Assembly (NCBI GenBank): GCA_024679065.1
Contig: JAGIQG010000023.1
Location: forward strand, 9,982,001-10,046,000
DNA from: Sphyrna mokarran
Taxonomy: Eukaryota
Reading direction: 5' to 3'
Length of the DNA stretch: 64,000 nucleotides
The translations under genes and the position numbers were made by a program. This document shows, piece by piece, positions 50,800 through 63,206 of the stretch (positions are counted from its first letter, which is position 1; every line of letters starts with the position of its first letter). The notes under the pieces were generated by a model. It was not told the DNA's origin, searched no databases, and saw nothing but the letters and a program-made list of their open reading frames with translations.

Positions 50800-52299
50800 T
50801 TCCAATTTATGTTTGCTATGTTGGGGTTTGCTCGAACATTGGCAAGCGACAGGAAGATCAGGGTTCTACTTGCAGATGGACCAGAGGTATTCAGCAAAGC
50901 AGTCCCCTAATCTGCGTTTGATTTCTCCAATGTAGATTAGACTGCATTGAGAGCAGTGAATGTAATAGCCCAGATTGGAGGAGGTGCGTGTGAAGCACTG
51001 CTTCACCTGAAAGGACTTAGGACAGTGAGCAGAGAGGAGGTAAAGGGGAGGTGTTGCATCTCATATGATTGTGTGTCATGGTGGGCAGCAGGTGAGGTAT
51101 TGAGTGTGATGGAGGAATGGACAAGGGTGTCTCAGATGGGGCAGGGAAGTGGGTGTGAGTAGTGGCATCATGCTAGAGTTGACAGAAATGGCGAAGGATG
51201 ATCCTTTGAATGCGGAGACTGGTGGAATGGAAAGTAAGAACAAGGGGACTATCCTGGTTCTGGGAGGGATGGGAGAGGGTGAGAGCAGTAGCCCAGGGGA
51301 TGAGCTGGATACGGTTGACAGCCCTGTCAACCACAGTGGGTGGAAAAACACGACTGAGGAAGAAGGAAGACATATTGGCAGTGCTATTTTGGGAAGTGGT
51401 ATTATCTGAATAGATGAGGCGGAGGCGAAGGAACTGAGAGAATGGAATTGGCTCCTTACAGGATGTGGGGTGTGAAGAGATGTAGTTACATGGTCTCTCA
51501 GTTCCTTTGTCACTTACTCAGTTGCTAAGATCAGTCCAATCTGTAAAGCATATTGGACTTTAATGCTCCAGGGTCAAGATATTACAGCCAAACGGACTAA
51601 ATTGCCCAGTTACTGAGCTGACAATCTAAATTACAGCGGTGAGCCTCATAAGCATTAAATAGTGGCAACAAATGATCCCAAGGAACCATTTCTGCCAAAA
51701 CAAAAGGGAGGAGGATCCGTGAAGCCTGCTTGATCTGGTATTTATCTGACATACCTGTGCAGACACAAAATATTTTTGTTGCTGGATCCTCTGTTGTGGA
51801 GGAGTGACAGGATGTGGGATCTATGTTGAGGTTGACCAAAGAATACCTCTTGTTGATTTAGCTATAAAACTATCTAGTGGAATGAGTGCTCATGCAGCTG
51901 AGCTGACTGCTGTGGTCTATGTGGTTAGTCACCCTGGTAAGTTCCCACGCCGTGTTGATATATCTATATTCTGACAGTAGGTTTGCCTGCAATAGAGGAA
52001 CTGACTTCTTCCACTGTGCGAAGTGAGAGGTTTTGTTTCAACAGATGGGAAACCTCAATCGTCACTAAAATATATTTTTCATGTTGCCCAAGGATGGGAA
52101 TATGGGATCATGGGGCACATCCCCTCCCATTGGGAATTCTTGAGCAGATGAATTGGCAAAACAAGGTGTTCGAAAAGGGAGAATCATTGCAACTTCCAGT
52201 AGATGAACAACAATTAAAGTAAAATGTTTATTTATTAGTCAGAAGCAAGGTTTGCATTAAAACTGCAATGAAGTTACTGTGAAATTCCCCCAGTTGACA

Positions 52300-52500
52300 T
52301 TCCGGCACAGTTCAGGTCAATGCACCTACCAGCACATCTTTCAGAATGTGGAGGAAATTGGATCACCTGGAGGAAACCCCACGCAGACACAGGAGAACAT
52401 ACAAGCTCCACACAGACAGTGACACAAGCTGGGAATCAAACTCAGGTCCCTGATACTATGAAGACAGCAGTGCCAATCATTGTGTCACCGTGCTGCCTAT
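52300..52500 (-). mobile_element. V-SINE (antisense) inside pol
   Basis: ggaggaaaccccacgcagacacaggagaacatacaagctccacacagacagtgac. Confidence 0.8.
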
Positions 52501-53224
52501 GACAGATAAATGCTGTTACTGTTTGTCAGGTGAGTATGGAGGCTGGAATTCTCCCATCCCATCCCTACTGGAATTTTAGCTTACAGGTTGCGGACAGTGT
52601 GAAACCCCATTGACAGACAGGCAGGAATTATTGGCTTTTAGATCTGTATAGCCAGGGAATTCCACCTGAAGATCTTAAACAGGTTCAATGCAGTGATGAT
52701 GATTCAGAATAGGTACAAGATGGAGCATGCCTTCTAATGACAAATGGAAAGATAAGTTTCAACCACAGGATGTGTTTATTCTTATGAATGGATTGTGTGT
52801 GGTATCAACCCAAGATTGTAATCAAATCAGTTACCAATGATGTTCAGGGTCATCAGGGAGCAGAAACAACTGCTGATTAAATTAAAGGGATGCTGGTGGC
52901 CGAATGTGATGAAGGAAGTAAAGCATTATGTAGATAATTATTGAGTATGTCTTCAAAATAACCGTCAATGTAACAAAGTAAAGGGAAATTGAGGCATACA
53001 GGAGTAATTGAAGGGTCAATGACTAATTCGCAGATGTTGGTCCTTTACCACCATATCAGGGAGGATATCAATGCATCCTGGTAATAATTGACATTTCCAG
53101 TGAGTTGAAGGAATCACTACCTGTAGTAACACAACTAAAGTGACAGCTAATATTCTGGTACAGCAAGTGTTTACCAGCTGGGTACTCCCAAGTAGCACTG
53201 AATCAGATCAAAGCATTCTTTTTC

Positions 53225-53800
53225 CTATTTGATTTGATTTGATAAATTATTGTCACACGTATTGCCATGGAGTGAAAAAATATTGGATCTCTTGCACCCT
53301 GTACAGATAAAGCATACCATTTTTAGAGAAGGAAATGAGAAACTACAGAATGTAGTGTTAGTCATAGCTGGGGTGTAGAGAAAGATCAAAGAAATGTGAG
53401 ATAGGTCCATTCAATGATGGCAGCAGGGAAGATGTTCTTCAGTGGTTGGTACATGACCTCAGAATTTTGTATCTTTTTCCAGGCGGAAGAAGATGGAAGA
53501 GAGAATGTCCAGAATGCGTAGTGTCCTTAATTATGCTGACTGCTTTGCCAAGGCAGTGGTTAGTGTAGACAGTGTCAGTGAATGGGAGGCTGGTTTGCAT
53601 GATAGATTGAGCTACATTCGTGACATTTTGTAGTTTCTTGCAGTCTTGGGAAGAGCAGGAACCACACCAAGTTGCAAAACAACCAGAAAAACTGCTTACT
53701 GTGGTCCATCTGTAAAAGTTGGTGAGAATCTTGGAGATGTGCCAAATTTCCTTAGCTATTTGAGAAAGTAAAGGTGCTGGTGAGCTATTGCTCGAATTAT
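53225..53800 (-). mobile_element. LINE 3' fragment splitting the integrase core
   Basis: (atttg)n tail at 53227; integrase sequence stops at SDQ and resumes at HVAYHP. Confidence 0.6.
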
Positions 53801-55449
53801 GCAGAGTGTCATGACCTCATTTTGGATCAAACAGAAGTTCCACGTTGCCTATCATCCTCGATTGAGTGGGGTAGAAGAAAGGATGAATCATCCTTTAAAA
53901 ACACTGATTCGGAAAAGTGTAAACAAAATCATTCCACGTGGAACACATTAATACCCTTTGTTCTGATGATAACACAAAATTCAAGTGCATTTACTCCACA
54001 TGTTTTAATGACTGCACATCCCATGAGGGGAATTGAACTTCTTTTAGGATTGGACTTTTCTGAATCTGAAATAATTGCCCTCAGTCATGAGTGAATTGTA
54101 CAGCAGTAGCTGTCCAATGATCAAGCTGCCCAAACATCAGTCACTGTTAAAATGGGACATAGAAGGAAGCAGGATAAAGCTTATTTTGATGGTAAAGTGA
54201 ATCCAATAGTGAATAAAATGGGACAACAGATTTATCAACCAGGTACATTCGTCTCTTCTAGAAATTCTGGACTCCATTCCATTGTAGATAAAATGAGTCC
54301 ATCTTCGTACAAGGTATTAACAGATTCTGGAAAGGCTGGAAGGTATTATGTAAATCAAATGGAAGTGCATAATACTCAGTGTAATCATCAATATCATGTT
54401 ATATTGAAAATATGTGACCCATATGCTCGTTCCTTTTCTTTTTGGTTTGCTTCTTCTCTGCCTGATTCTTTATCAATGCAGACTTTGCAGACAGATAATC
54501 AGACAGAAAGTCAGACACATAGTCTGATATTGCATGAACCCTGTCACAGGGATCAATGAAGCTCGCTTGGGTATGAGACGAGCAAAATCGTTTTGTTAGA
54601 TTCCTCGCTGTGAACAAGGGGAGAAATGATGAGCTAACAGGTATTCAGATTGTAGAAATTCAGGGCGAGGGAAATCTGGTGAAGAATGACATGGTTGGGC
54701 AAGCTCCAAATGATGAGATGACTCCTGTTCACCATGATTAATCATTTCTGATACTCAAGAACTGATTTTCATTCTGTTTGTTTTGGCATTGAGCATTTAG
54801 CTTTTAGCTTTTGTTTTCTAGGGAAAATCTTACAGCCTCACCAGAGATGTTATCATCCTAATCCAATTCTTCATAAATATCAAGAAAGATCTAACTTATT
54901 AATATCTGCATAAATTGGTAAACATTGTATATCAACCGTTTCTGGAAATTAAAACAGTTCAAATAAGAAGCCAGTTTGGTGACTGGACAAAATAGTAGGT
55001 ACAATCTTGATTCAATTTTAGAGTGTTTTTGGATGGAGTTCTTTATGGAAATCATTCTCCTTGGATCAGTGATCAGTGCATTATTGTGGGAGATGGTGTT
55101 TTAAGATGAACATATTGAAGACCAGCTGGGAGATCTATGCTTTACTCCAAGAGAGTAGGATGTTATGAAAATGGATGTTTATGGGTTGAGTTTGATGTGT
55201 TGGTAATATTCGGGTGAGAATATCAATATGTGGGAGATTCTATTCTCAAATGGTAAAACAGCTCCTACTGTGACACGACTCAAATCCAATCTGACCCAGA
55301 TTAAAGTTGTTTTATCTTTTCATCTCCATCTTGTTTGAGATTGTATATAAAATCTGTTTTCTGCAAAATGGGAGGGCTAATCACAAAATCCTTGTATTGC
55401 AGAAGGAGATCATTCGGATCATCGAGTCTGCACCGCTGCATTCCCATGC

Positions 55450-55700
55450 AGGCCCTATCCCCTTAACCAGATGCATTTATCCCAGTTAGGCCCCCTGATG
55501 ATAAGAGGCAATTTAGGATGGCCAACACAGTTAGCCTGAACTTCTTTGGACTGTGGAAGGAAACCAAAGCACCTGGAGGAAAGCCATGCAGACACGAGGG
55601 GAGAACATGCAGAATCCGCATAGTGACGCAAGCCAGGAATTGAACCCAGGTCCCTTACGCCCTGCGGCAGCAGTACTAAGCATTGTGCCACATGCCAGTA
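55450..55700 (-). mobile_element. V-SINE (antisense)
   Basis: ctttggactgtggaaggaaaccaaagcacctggagga..ccaggaattgaacccagg. Confidence 0.8.
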
Positions 55701-55799
55701 GCTTTAAACAGGGTAATTTGAGACTTTTTTATGATGATGAACATTGGATATTTGCAGGGAATTGCTTAAAGAAGATGATTATTATGTTTTTGATTACAT

Positions 55800-57330
55800 A
55801 AAGATGGAAACTAAACCTACCACTCCTAAACCTAGTGTTGCTCCAACAACAATGCCTACATCCAGTGTGGATGCTTGTCCTAAAGTAACCTCAGGACCAC
55901 AAAATGGGTTAGTATTGGAGGAAGCTGGTAAAATTGTATACAATAATATCCATTACGAATTAATACCTGGACTGTTCGATATAACTGGGATTCAAGAACC
56001 AGAATGGTGTCCTTCTCAAATTGGGGATCTATTTTTTGTTTTGACTCAGAAGTTGTTAGAACAGGGAATAGTGAAAAGGAAATAAATTTACAATCAAATA
56101 GTCAGCAAAATAGCGAATCGTTCATTGACTTAGCGACAGCCTGCGGTGTGAACATTTCGACTATTAAAACACTTGATCCAGTCAATTTGGATAATAAACT
56201 AAGAATTTTAATACAAAAGATCAAACACACTTTAACTAATATAAATACTAAGATCAATTGAACACTAAAGAGGAGTTAGTTGAAAATCAAGTTGATAACT
56301 ATACGGTTCCAATATCAGAATGGACGTTCTCAAACTCTAAATCAAAGCACGGAAAGAAAAATAACAGATGATGTTTGACAGCAGGACAGGACTTTGTGAA
56401 GGATTTAATGGTAACTGGATGATAAAACAACTTCTGTAGAACTTCTTGAACAAGTTAACCAGGGAAAGGTTCCATCTTGGATTAATAATGTACAGTTAGA
56501 ATATTTGATTCTTGGAGAGAGACATCCAAATATATCGGGTTGTCAATTTTAACAGCTGAGGGGTTTGGCTTGAGAACAATTGTAGATAAAAAAACCTAAG
56601 GAATGATGTTAGAAATTGCAAAAATTGCAATCGATGAAATTGGTTTAAAGTTTTCTGAAGTAGAATCTGTAGGAAATATTGAAAAGTACAAGTGCATGGG
56701 GGGTCATATCTTCCCATAAGCCATTGAGAAGAAGGGTCGATTAGTAGATACTAATCTGAATCAATGTCAACAAATAGAGGAAATAATTATGTGCTCTAAC
56801 CCCATATATTCTAACAAAGAGGTTTTATGTAGTTTTAAAACAGATGTGAATTTAAGTTGCGGAATAGAAGCTAAAAGTCTTGATACAAATATTACAAAAA
56901 TAGCTTATAAGAGTAGGGGAGAATATTGTGTTACCTCCTGACTGGAGAAATATCGCTATGGTACATTAATAAGTAATATTACTAATACCCATTTTTGCTT
57001 TAAACCTCAAATACTAGCTGGAACAAGCTGTATGAAATTCATTGATACACATAAGAGAGAGGATGTTTCTTTTAATGTAACAGCTGGTCTTAAGAGATTG
57101 CTGTGTAACTATGTTTAAAAATATGAACTTTTACTAGAGATCTAATACAAATTAAAACGTAATTTGCTAATGTCCATCAAACATTTCCTGACGTGATTCA
57201 AAGAACTGAAAAATTTAAAAGGGACCAATCAAAACAACTAACTGATGGAATGAGTTATGGGACTGACATATAAATATGTAGATTCATCCATGGATTCGTT
57301 AATTGTCATGCTGAAGTGTTAATAACAGTT
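55800..57330 (+). mobile_element. env: Decayed env-like fusion glycoprotein of the same LTR element
   Basis: GLVLEEAGKIVYNNIHYELIPGLFDITG..EWCP; FIDLATACGVNISTI followed by a heptad-like run; QGKVPSWI; Cys-rich NQCQQIEEIIMCSNP..LCSF..SCG..GEYCVT; HPWI before the TM. Lies after the integrase and before the LTR-like sequence. Confidence 0.7.
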
Positions 57331-58799
57331 TGTACTTCAATTAACAACAAAAACAACGAGAATTGTTAAGAGCTACAATTAAGCATGCTGGGAATTTTGG
57401 ACAAGTTGTGTTGAAACACTGATAAAGGTCAGAGAAGATTGAAACAAATCGTGACCTGTCCAGTGAGACGTCAACTGAGACTTGGCGTGTCAATTGGGAG
57501 TTGTTTAAACTACACCAAACGCTGTGATCAGTTTCCAATGGTATTCATGGTTACCTTTTAGAAAATATTGTGGTAAGATGTGCAAAGTTTACATTAAAAA
57601 TAGGAACTTTGAATCATTTCCTTAGAGAAACTCAAGAAGGTGGAACTCAGAGTTTGTTATTGTTAGTTAGAAAATGGATCTGTTGTAAATGGTAAAGAGT
57701 TGATAATGTTGATCAAGAACTCCATTGCAGTATTACGTAGTAGTAGATAATATCAAAATGGTCAGGAGTGCAAAGTGAAATCTGGTTTAATAAAGTTAAT
57801 GAATTGAAAGATAAAGAGTGGGAATATTAATATAAACTAATTGTTTACTATAGAGGAACATTGTCTCTGACAGAATCTCATAAAATCATATCTCAGCAAC
57901 TGTACGTTAAACAGAAACTGTTGCAAACGAGAGACATGTTCTATTTGCAGGATTATTATCACTGTAGTTTTCAATGTGGATTGCACACAGATAATCTGAA
58001 TTTTACCATCCCACCCACCACAGGAATCGGAGCGGGCGATGGGCAGACAGCGAGAAGCTCTACTGAACTCGGGCGGATCAGGACATTTCAGGACAAGCGA
58101 GAATGTAAAACCTCCCCCCACAATTTCAAACAATTACCAATTAAAGGCAGCTTCCATTTTAAAAATGTGGCTTGACTAGATTTTTAAAAATTAAATTATC
58201 CTTAATTTTAACAATTAATAATGCAGTTTTCTTTATTTGCTGAATGTATCAATATGGCGCTAATATATTCACGAGGAGATACATTACATCACAAATATTA
58301 TTCATTTATATTTGTTAAGTATTTTGTGCCATTAAACTTAGGAGACTGCCGAATCTAGAGGCACAGGAAGCAGACAAAGGAAATGTGTGTGTCTGTTCCC
58401 AATAACTTGTTCTTCCCGGATCTGGTTACAAGCCTGAAGTTAGAGACTATAGCATGAGGGACAACACTCCACATCAAGACATTGCTAACTGAGTATCTTC
58501 CTCTCTTACCACCCACCTTCAGCGTATGATTGAGCCTTTGATAATCAAATAATAAAGTTTTCACTTTGATAATCAGGTTGGTCTTGTTAGAAACCACCTT
58601 CCATTCCCATCAATCGCAGAAGCAGGACTCAAACCTGGAGCTTCTGGCTCAGATACAGAGACTCTACCCACTGCAACACAAAGTCATATTTTGTGCCTTT
58701 GCACATCTCCAAATATTTAACTATCTCTGCCGTATAAGCTGAAGGTTAGAGTTAAACTAACACTGATTATCTGACTATCCAGTTCTGGCTGTTACTCAC

Positions 58800-58836
58800 C
58801 GGGCAGAGAGGAAATTAAGAGAATCAAAATCCGCAT
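58800..58836 (-). CDS. Paralogous leader exon (MRILILLISSLP) with no Ig exon of its own downstream
   Basis: 37 nt; G|GTGAGT donor; duplicate of 4263-4299. I found no V exon between it and 39594. Confidence 0.7.
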
Positions 58837-60079
58837 CGTTCTGTTGGAGATCAGATCAGTGTTTGTTACCAGTCACCCAGCTCTTGTTTCTCACACTGAA
58901 AAAAAAGACTTGAATATAAGTTGTAGAAGGAATTTAAAAAGGGAAGAAGACAGCAGGAAGTTATGTCATGAAGGCTCAATCATCCAGATGATGAAATCTG
59001 GTCCACAAGGTCTTGAACGTCTGTTAGTCGTATCTAATAAAAGAATTACACCAGCTTGCATTGAGGGAAACACTCTAGAGTCTAGGTTTGTTCATCTCTC
59101 TAAGACTCACAGAGGCAAATTTCCCATTCTGCCTGTCACGGGAATTGTGACAGGCAAGAGTCAGACCAGGGAAGCTTTGTTAAATTCAGGTGGGATTTTC
59201 CAGTTTCAAGGTGAGCACAGTCAGAAAATCTTTGACATTAAGTCAGAGATCTGAACATGGGAGAGATAATTGATAGCCATAAATATAGATATAAACTGGG
59301 TGTTAAGGATAATGTGCAAGGTCACCTAGCATATTCAAACATTTACACTGATTGGTTATTATAATTAAGCAGGTGTGCAGAGGTCGTGACTAGTTTTTAA
59401 CATTTGTATCTCATGCATGATGTAACCTGAATCAAGAATTGTGAATGGACAGAGATAATTCCTATAGAAATTGATACTTCTGATTGGTATGTGTTAATTA
59501 CGTATAATCAAACCTGGAAGTATATTTGTTTGTGCATTCATTGTTCTAGCTTGTCACTAGCTGGCATGCTAGGGCTGTTACTATAACTACTAATAAATAG
59601 CTGATTCAAAACCTGGTCTGGCTACCTGAAGGGAACAAAATCTCCAGCAAGACAAAGGGTTGAGCAAAAACAGCCCCACTACAGTTTTATGAAAATAACT
59701 TAAACATAAAGTTTCATTGACAATTTGTTTTAATTTGCTTAATGTCAATCTTGTTGTTGGTGATGAGGAACAATTCTGTCAGGATGAGGAGACCTGATAT
59801 TGGGTGGAACAGTCTTCGCTGCTCCATGAATCAGATCCACAAACAAGTTTTGAGGCAGATTTCAGGCAGGAAATGAGCTCAATTCACAGAGAAAATTCTC
59901 TAAGCAAAAGTAAATTGTGATTGAGTAACTGGGAGGCAGAGTCAATGTAAGGACATCTCTGTTCAACTCCCTGAAATGGGGCTGTGTATTTCTCTAGACA
60001 CAGTTGGTGGTGAGTGAAGAAGGAGAATGACACTTTCTTCAAACAATGAATACATTAAGTTAGCGAACCTCGAGTCCTA

Positions 60080-60820
60080 AATGGTTTACCCTGTTTCTTT
60101 GTGCTCTGACCCCTGGTTCTGGACATCCCCACCATTAGAAAATTCCTTCATGCATTTATCTTGTCCAGTCATGTTAGAATTTTACAGCTTTTTATGAGAT
60201 TCCTCCCTTATTCTTTGAAACTCCAGGTATTGGAATCCTAACCAATTCAGTATTTATTCAATTATCAGTCCTGCCATCTCAGCTTTCAGTTCTGTTTAAC
60301 CTTCACTGCACTCCATCCATAACAAGAATATCCTTCATCAGATAAAGACACTAAATCTGCACACAGTATTCCCAGTATTGTCTCATCAAGGCCCTGTATA
60401 ACTGCAGCAAGACATTCCTTTTCACAATAACTTCATTGCAGTGTTAAAGTAAGCCTACTTGTGACATTAATAAATAGACTTTAAACTTTAAATTGCTGTT
60501 CCTATACTCGAATCCTCTTGCTATGAAAACCAACATACCATTTGCAATCTTTACCATTTGCTGAATCTGCTGCCTCACTTTCAGCGACTGGTGTACAAGA
60601 TCTTGTTATACATTCCCCTCCCCCAATCTATAACCATTCAGATAATAATCTGCCTTCCCCTTTTTGTACCAAAGTGGATGACTTCACGTTGATCCACATT
60701 ACACTGCATCAACCATGCATTTGCTCACTCATTCAACTTGTCCAAATCACAGTAATGCATTTCTGCATCCTCCTCACATCTCACCCTCCCATCCAGTTTT
60801 GTGTCATCTGCAAAGCTTTC
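60080..60820 (-). mobile_element. CR1 LINE fragment
   Basis: Antisense ctgcacacagtattcc and aaagtggatgacttcac..gtgtcatctgcaaa. Confidence 0.75.
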
Positions 60821-61419
60821 CTCTATTTATCTAACCCTTTTCTATTTCTCCCCTCCTTAACTATTTATTCAGCTTCCCCCTGAATGTGTTTATTTCCTTC
60901 AATTAACCTTTTATTGCAATGAATTCCAGATAGTAACCCTATTTGGGTGAAGATCTTTCTCCTGTGTTCCTTTCCCTTCCCTGTAAATTGAGTCATTTAG
61001 CATTACTGCATTACAGGGAAGGCCAGATAATCACAAAAGGGAGGGAGAGAAGAAGGATATGCAGATAGTGTGAGATGGAAAGGGGTGGGAGGAGACTCAA
61101 ATGTAGCATAAGACGAGCATCGAGCAGGTGGTCTAAATGGCCTGTTCCTGCTGCAAATTCTCAGCAAATTCTCTATCATCCAATTTTGGACATTTTCAAT
61201 TACTCATGTTCATATTTATTATCCTTAACAGGTTATCATGCGGAGTCTTGTCTCCTTGATACATAGAACATCTATTGAGACTGAAAAATGACAATATAAC
61301 CTCTGGCTCAGTTACAGATTCTGAAATTTTCCAGCTGTTCATGTCCTCCAACCACTGCCAAATTTCAGATCACTGCTGTGGGACAGGAGAATCCTGGTTT
61401 TAAGCAAGGTTGAAGATTC

Positions 61420-61565
61420 TGCCTCAGAGACTCTACCCACTGCAGCACAAAGTCTTCTTTTGCACCTTTACATGTCTTAAATATTTAAACATCTGCCATA
61501 TAAGCTGTAGACTAGAGTTAAACTAATGATTGTTTCTGACTATTCAATTCTGGCTGTTACTCACC
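61420..61565 (-). pseudogene. Leader-exon donor and intron-1 remnant truncated by a Penelope insertion (duplicate of the 13.87 kb site)
   Basis: Matches intron 1 at 58640-58800 up to the donor, then taaggagtctcacacaacaccagg. Confidence 0.6.
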
Positions 61566-61819
61566 GTAAGGAGTCTCACACAACACCAGGTTAAAGTCCA
61601 ACAGGTTTATTTGGTTGCAAAAGCTTTCAGAGCATTCCTTCTTCTTCAGGTGAATGAAGAGTTGTTATTTGTCATTATTCACAACTCTCCCTCCACTGTC
61701 CCCCTGGACTTCCTTCTCAGCAGAGGGAACACTCTGCTTCTTATGATCATCATTATCAAGTATGTCATCCTGCTGCTGTGCTAAGTTACATCAGAGCACA
61801 GCAGACCATCACCATGTGG

Positions 61820-62250
61820 GAGATTCTCTGGGGACTGCACTGCAGAAACCCTCTGGGGACTGCACTGCAGGGACCCTCTGGGGACTGCACTGCAGGGACC
61901 CTCTGGGGACTGCACTGCTAGGACCCTCTGGGGACTGCACTGCTGGGACCCTCTGGGGACTGCACTGCTGGAACCCTCTGGGTACTGCACTGCTGGGACC
62001 CTCTGGGGACTGCAGTGCAGGGACTTTCTGGGGACTGCACTGCTAGGACCCTCTGGGGGCTGCACTGCTGGGACCCTCTGGGGACTGCACTGCTGGAACC
62101 CTCTGGGGACTGCACTGCTGGGACCCACTGGGGACTGCACTGCTGGGACCCTCTGGGGAGTGCACTGCAGACACCCTCTGGGGACTGCACTGCTGGGACT
62201 TTCTGGGAACTGCACTGCAGGGACCCACTGAGGACAGTGTTGCAGGGACC
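61820..62250. repeat. Paralogous 25-bp minisatellite (ggggactgcactgcagggaccctct)n, about 17 units
   Basis: Tandem units at the position equivalent to the 14.1 kb array. Confidence 0.95.
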
Positions 62251-62931
62251 CATTGGACTTGTCAAGGCTGCAGAAAGACATCTTAACCATCCTGATGCAA
62301 TATCTGATCATAGACATATAGGCACTGCGAGCCTTGTTGTCGCGGTCCTGGTTCCTTCTTTGAAAAATTAGTAGCAATTCGTGCCCATGTGACAACATAC
62401 TGGTGGGTGGGAAGATTCAATGAGGTTTGAAGATTTGACTTTACCCTCGCCAATGAAGTTATAATGCATTCAAATTGATGCAAACCTAGTTCTCACCCTC
62501 CCTGAGTATGGACCAAATCACAGCATCAGGGAGGGATCAGAAATCTAACAGGGGCAAATGCAATTTTTGTCCTTTTGTAATATTTTGCGGACATGACAGG
62601 ATTTGAGCCTGGAGCTAACACCGTCGCTAAATTGTACCTGTTATGTTATTGGTAGGCTGGGAATGTGGGGGTGATGGATATTGAGTGGGATGGAAAACTG
62701 CATATTGAGACCACTGCTATTTCTCATTTATATCAATAACTCGGAAGCTCATTGTTCACTGATTAAATATGACAATGATACCAAATAGGAAACGGCAGTC
62801 AATCTGGAGGGAATAACTTAGAGTACAGACAAGTTGACAAAGTAAGTTCATGGACAGTTCATTGCAGATGAAATTTAATTGCAAAGTAAGAAGGAATAAT
62901 ATTCATCACGTGCTCTTCATAAATATTTTTC

Positions 62932-63206
62932 CTAATGAGTTATGTTATTATATATTGCCATTTCAGATTCATCAAAGTTTGTGTGTTGTCCTTTATGAGC
63001 TGTCATTGAATATTGACACATCCTCATTGTTAACTGAGTGTCTCAACCTCTTAACTCTTTAGGCTTTTGAATCTGCAGTGCTGCATATGTGACTCTTTCC
63101 TCATTGTTAGTGAAGCGGACAGTTTGCTTGCCATGTGTTTCTGCTGAGTTCCCTCGATTGCACTTTACATTGGCATACTCATTTTCTCTTCCAGAACTGC
63201 CAATTG
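62932..63206 (-). pseudogene. Paralogous terminal ITIM exon with a 1-nt deletion and a premature TGA (gene continues beyond the right edge)
   Basis: Aligns with 15618-15893 but is 275 nt. Phase-0 reading gives QLAVLEEKMSMPM*. The shifted frame gives EYANV..VTYAAL..ELRG* with TGA at 63043-63045. Confidence 0.8.

Larger units (their letters stand above)
48395..51500 (-). mobile_element. Second Penelope-family element hosting two nested insertions
   Basis: MSSFFLSRVFPPTVVDRA..PLVLTFH (RT thumb/linker); terminal aaaagcaaaatac..gctggaatctgaaacaaaaacaga; sequence resumes after each insertion. Confidence 0.75.
51865..54400 (+). mobile_element. pol: Decayed retroviral-like pol: RNase H and integrase remnants, interrupted by SINE/LINE insertions
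   Basis: MSAHAAELTAV..YSDS..GFVSTDGKP (RNase H); GHQG..WWPNVMKEVKHYV..VC (integrase Zn finger); QVFTSWVLPSSTESDQ; HVAYHPRLSGVEERMNHPLK; WNTLIPFVLM..FTPHVLMTAHPMRG. Many stops and frameshifts. Confidence 0.82.
55600..59070. repeat. Segmental duplication, block B1 (partner about 640-4560)
   Basis: Shared runs such as ccagaatggtgtcc-ttctcaaattggggatct and ttgcaaacgagagacatgttct. Confidence 0.85.

Noticed and set aside
51597-51839. Minus-strand ORF as an inverted gag fragment
   Set aside because: It looks coding, but I recognise no diagnostic motif.
55744-56261. Domesticated (syncytin-like) env gene
   Set aside because: Both copies have multiple frameshifts, stops and deletions.
59301-59682. 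Possible small solo LTR (TG..CA, AATAAA)
   Set aside because: No target-site duplication or second copy to fix the boundaries.
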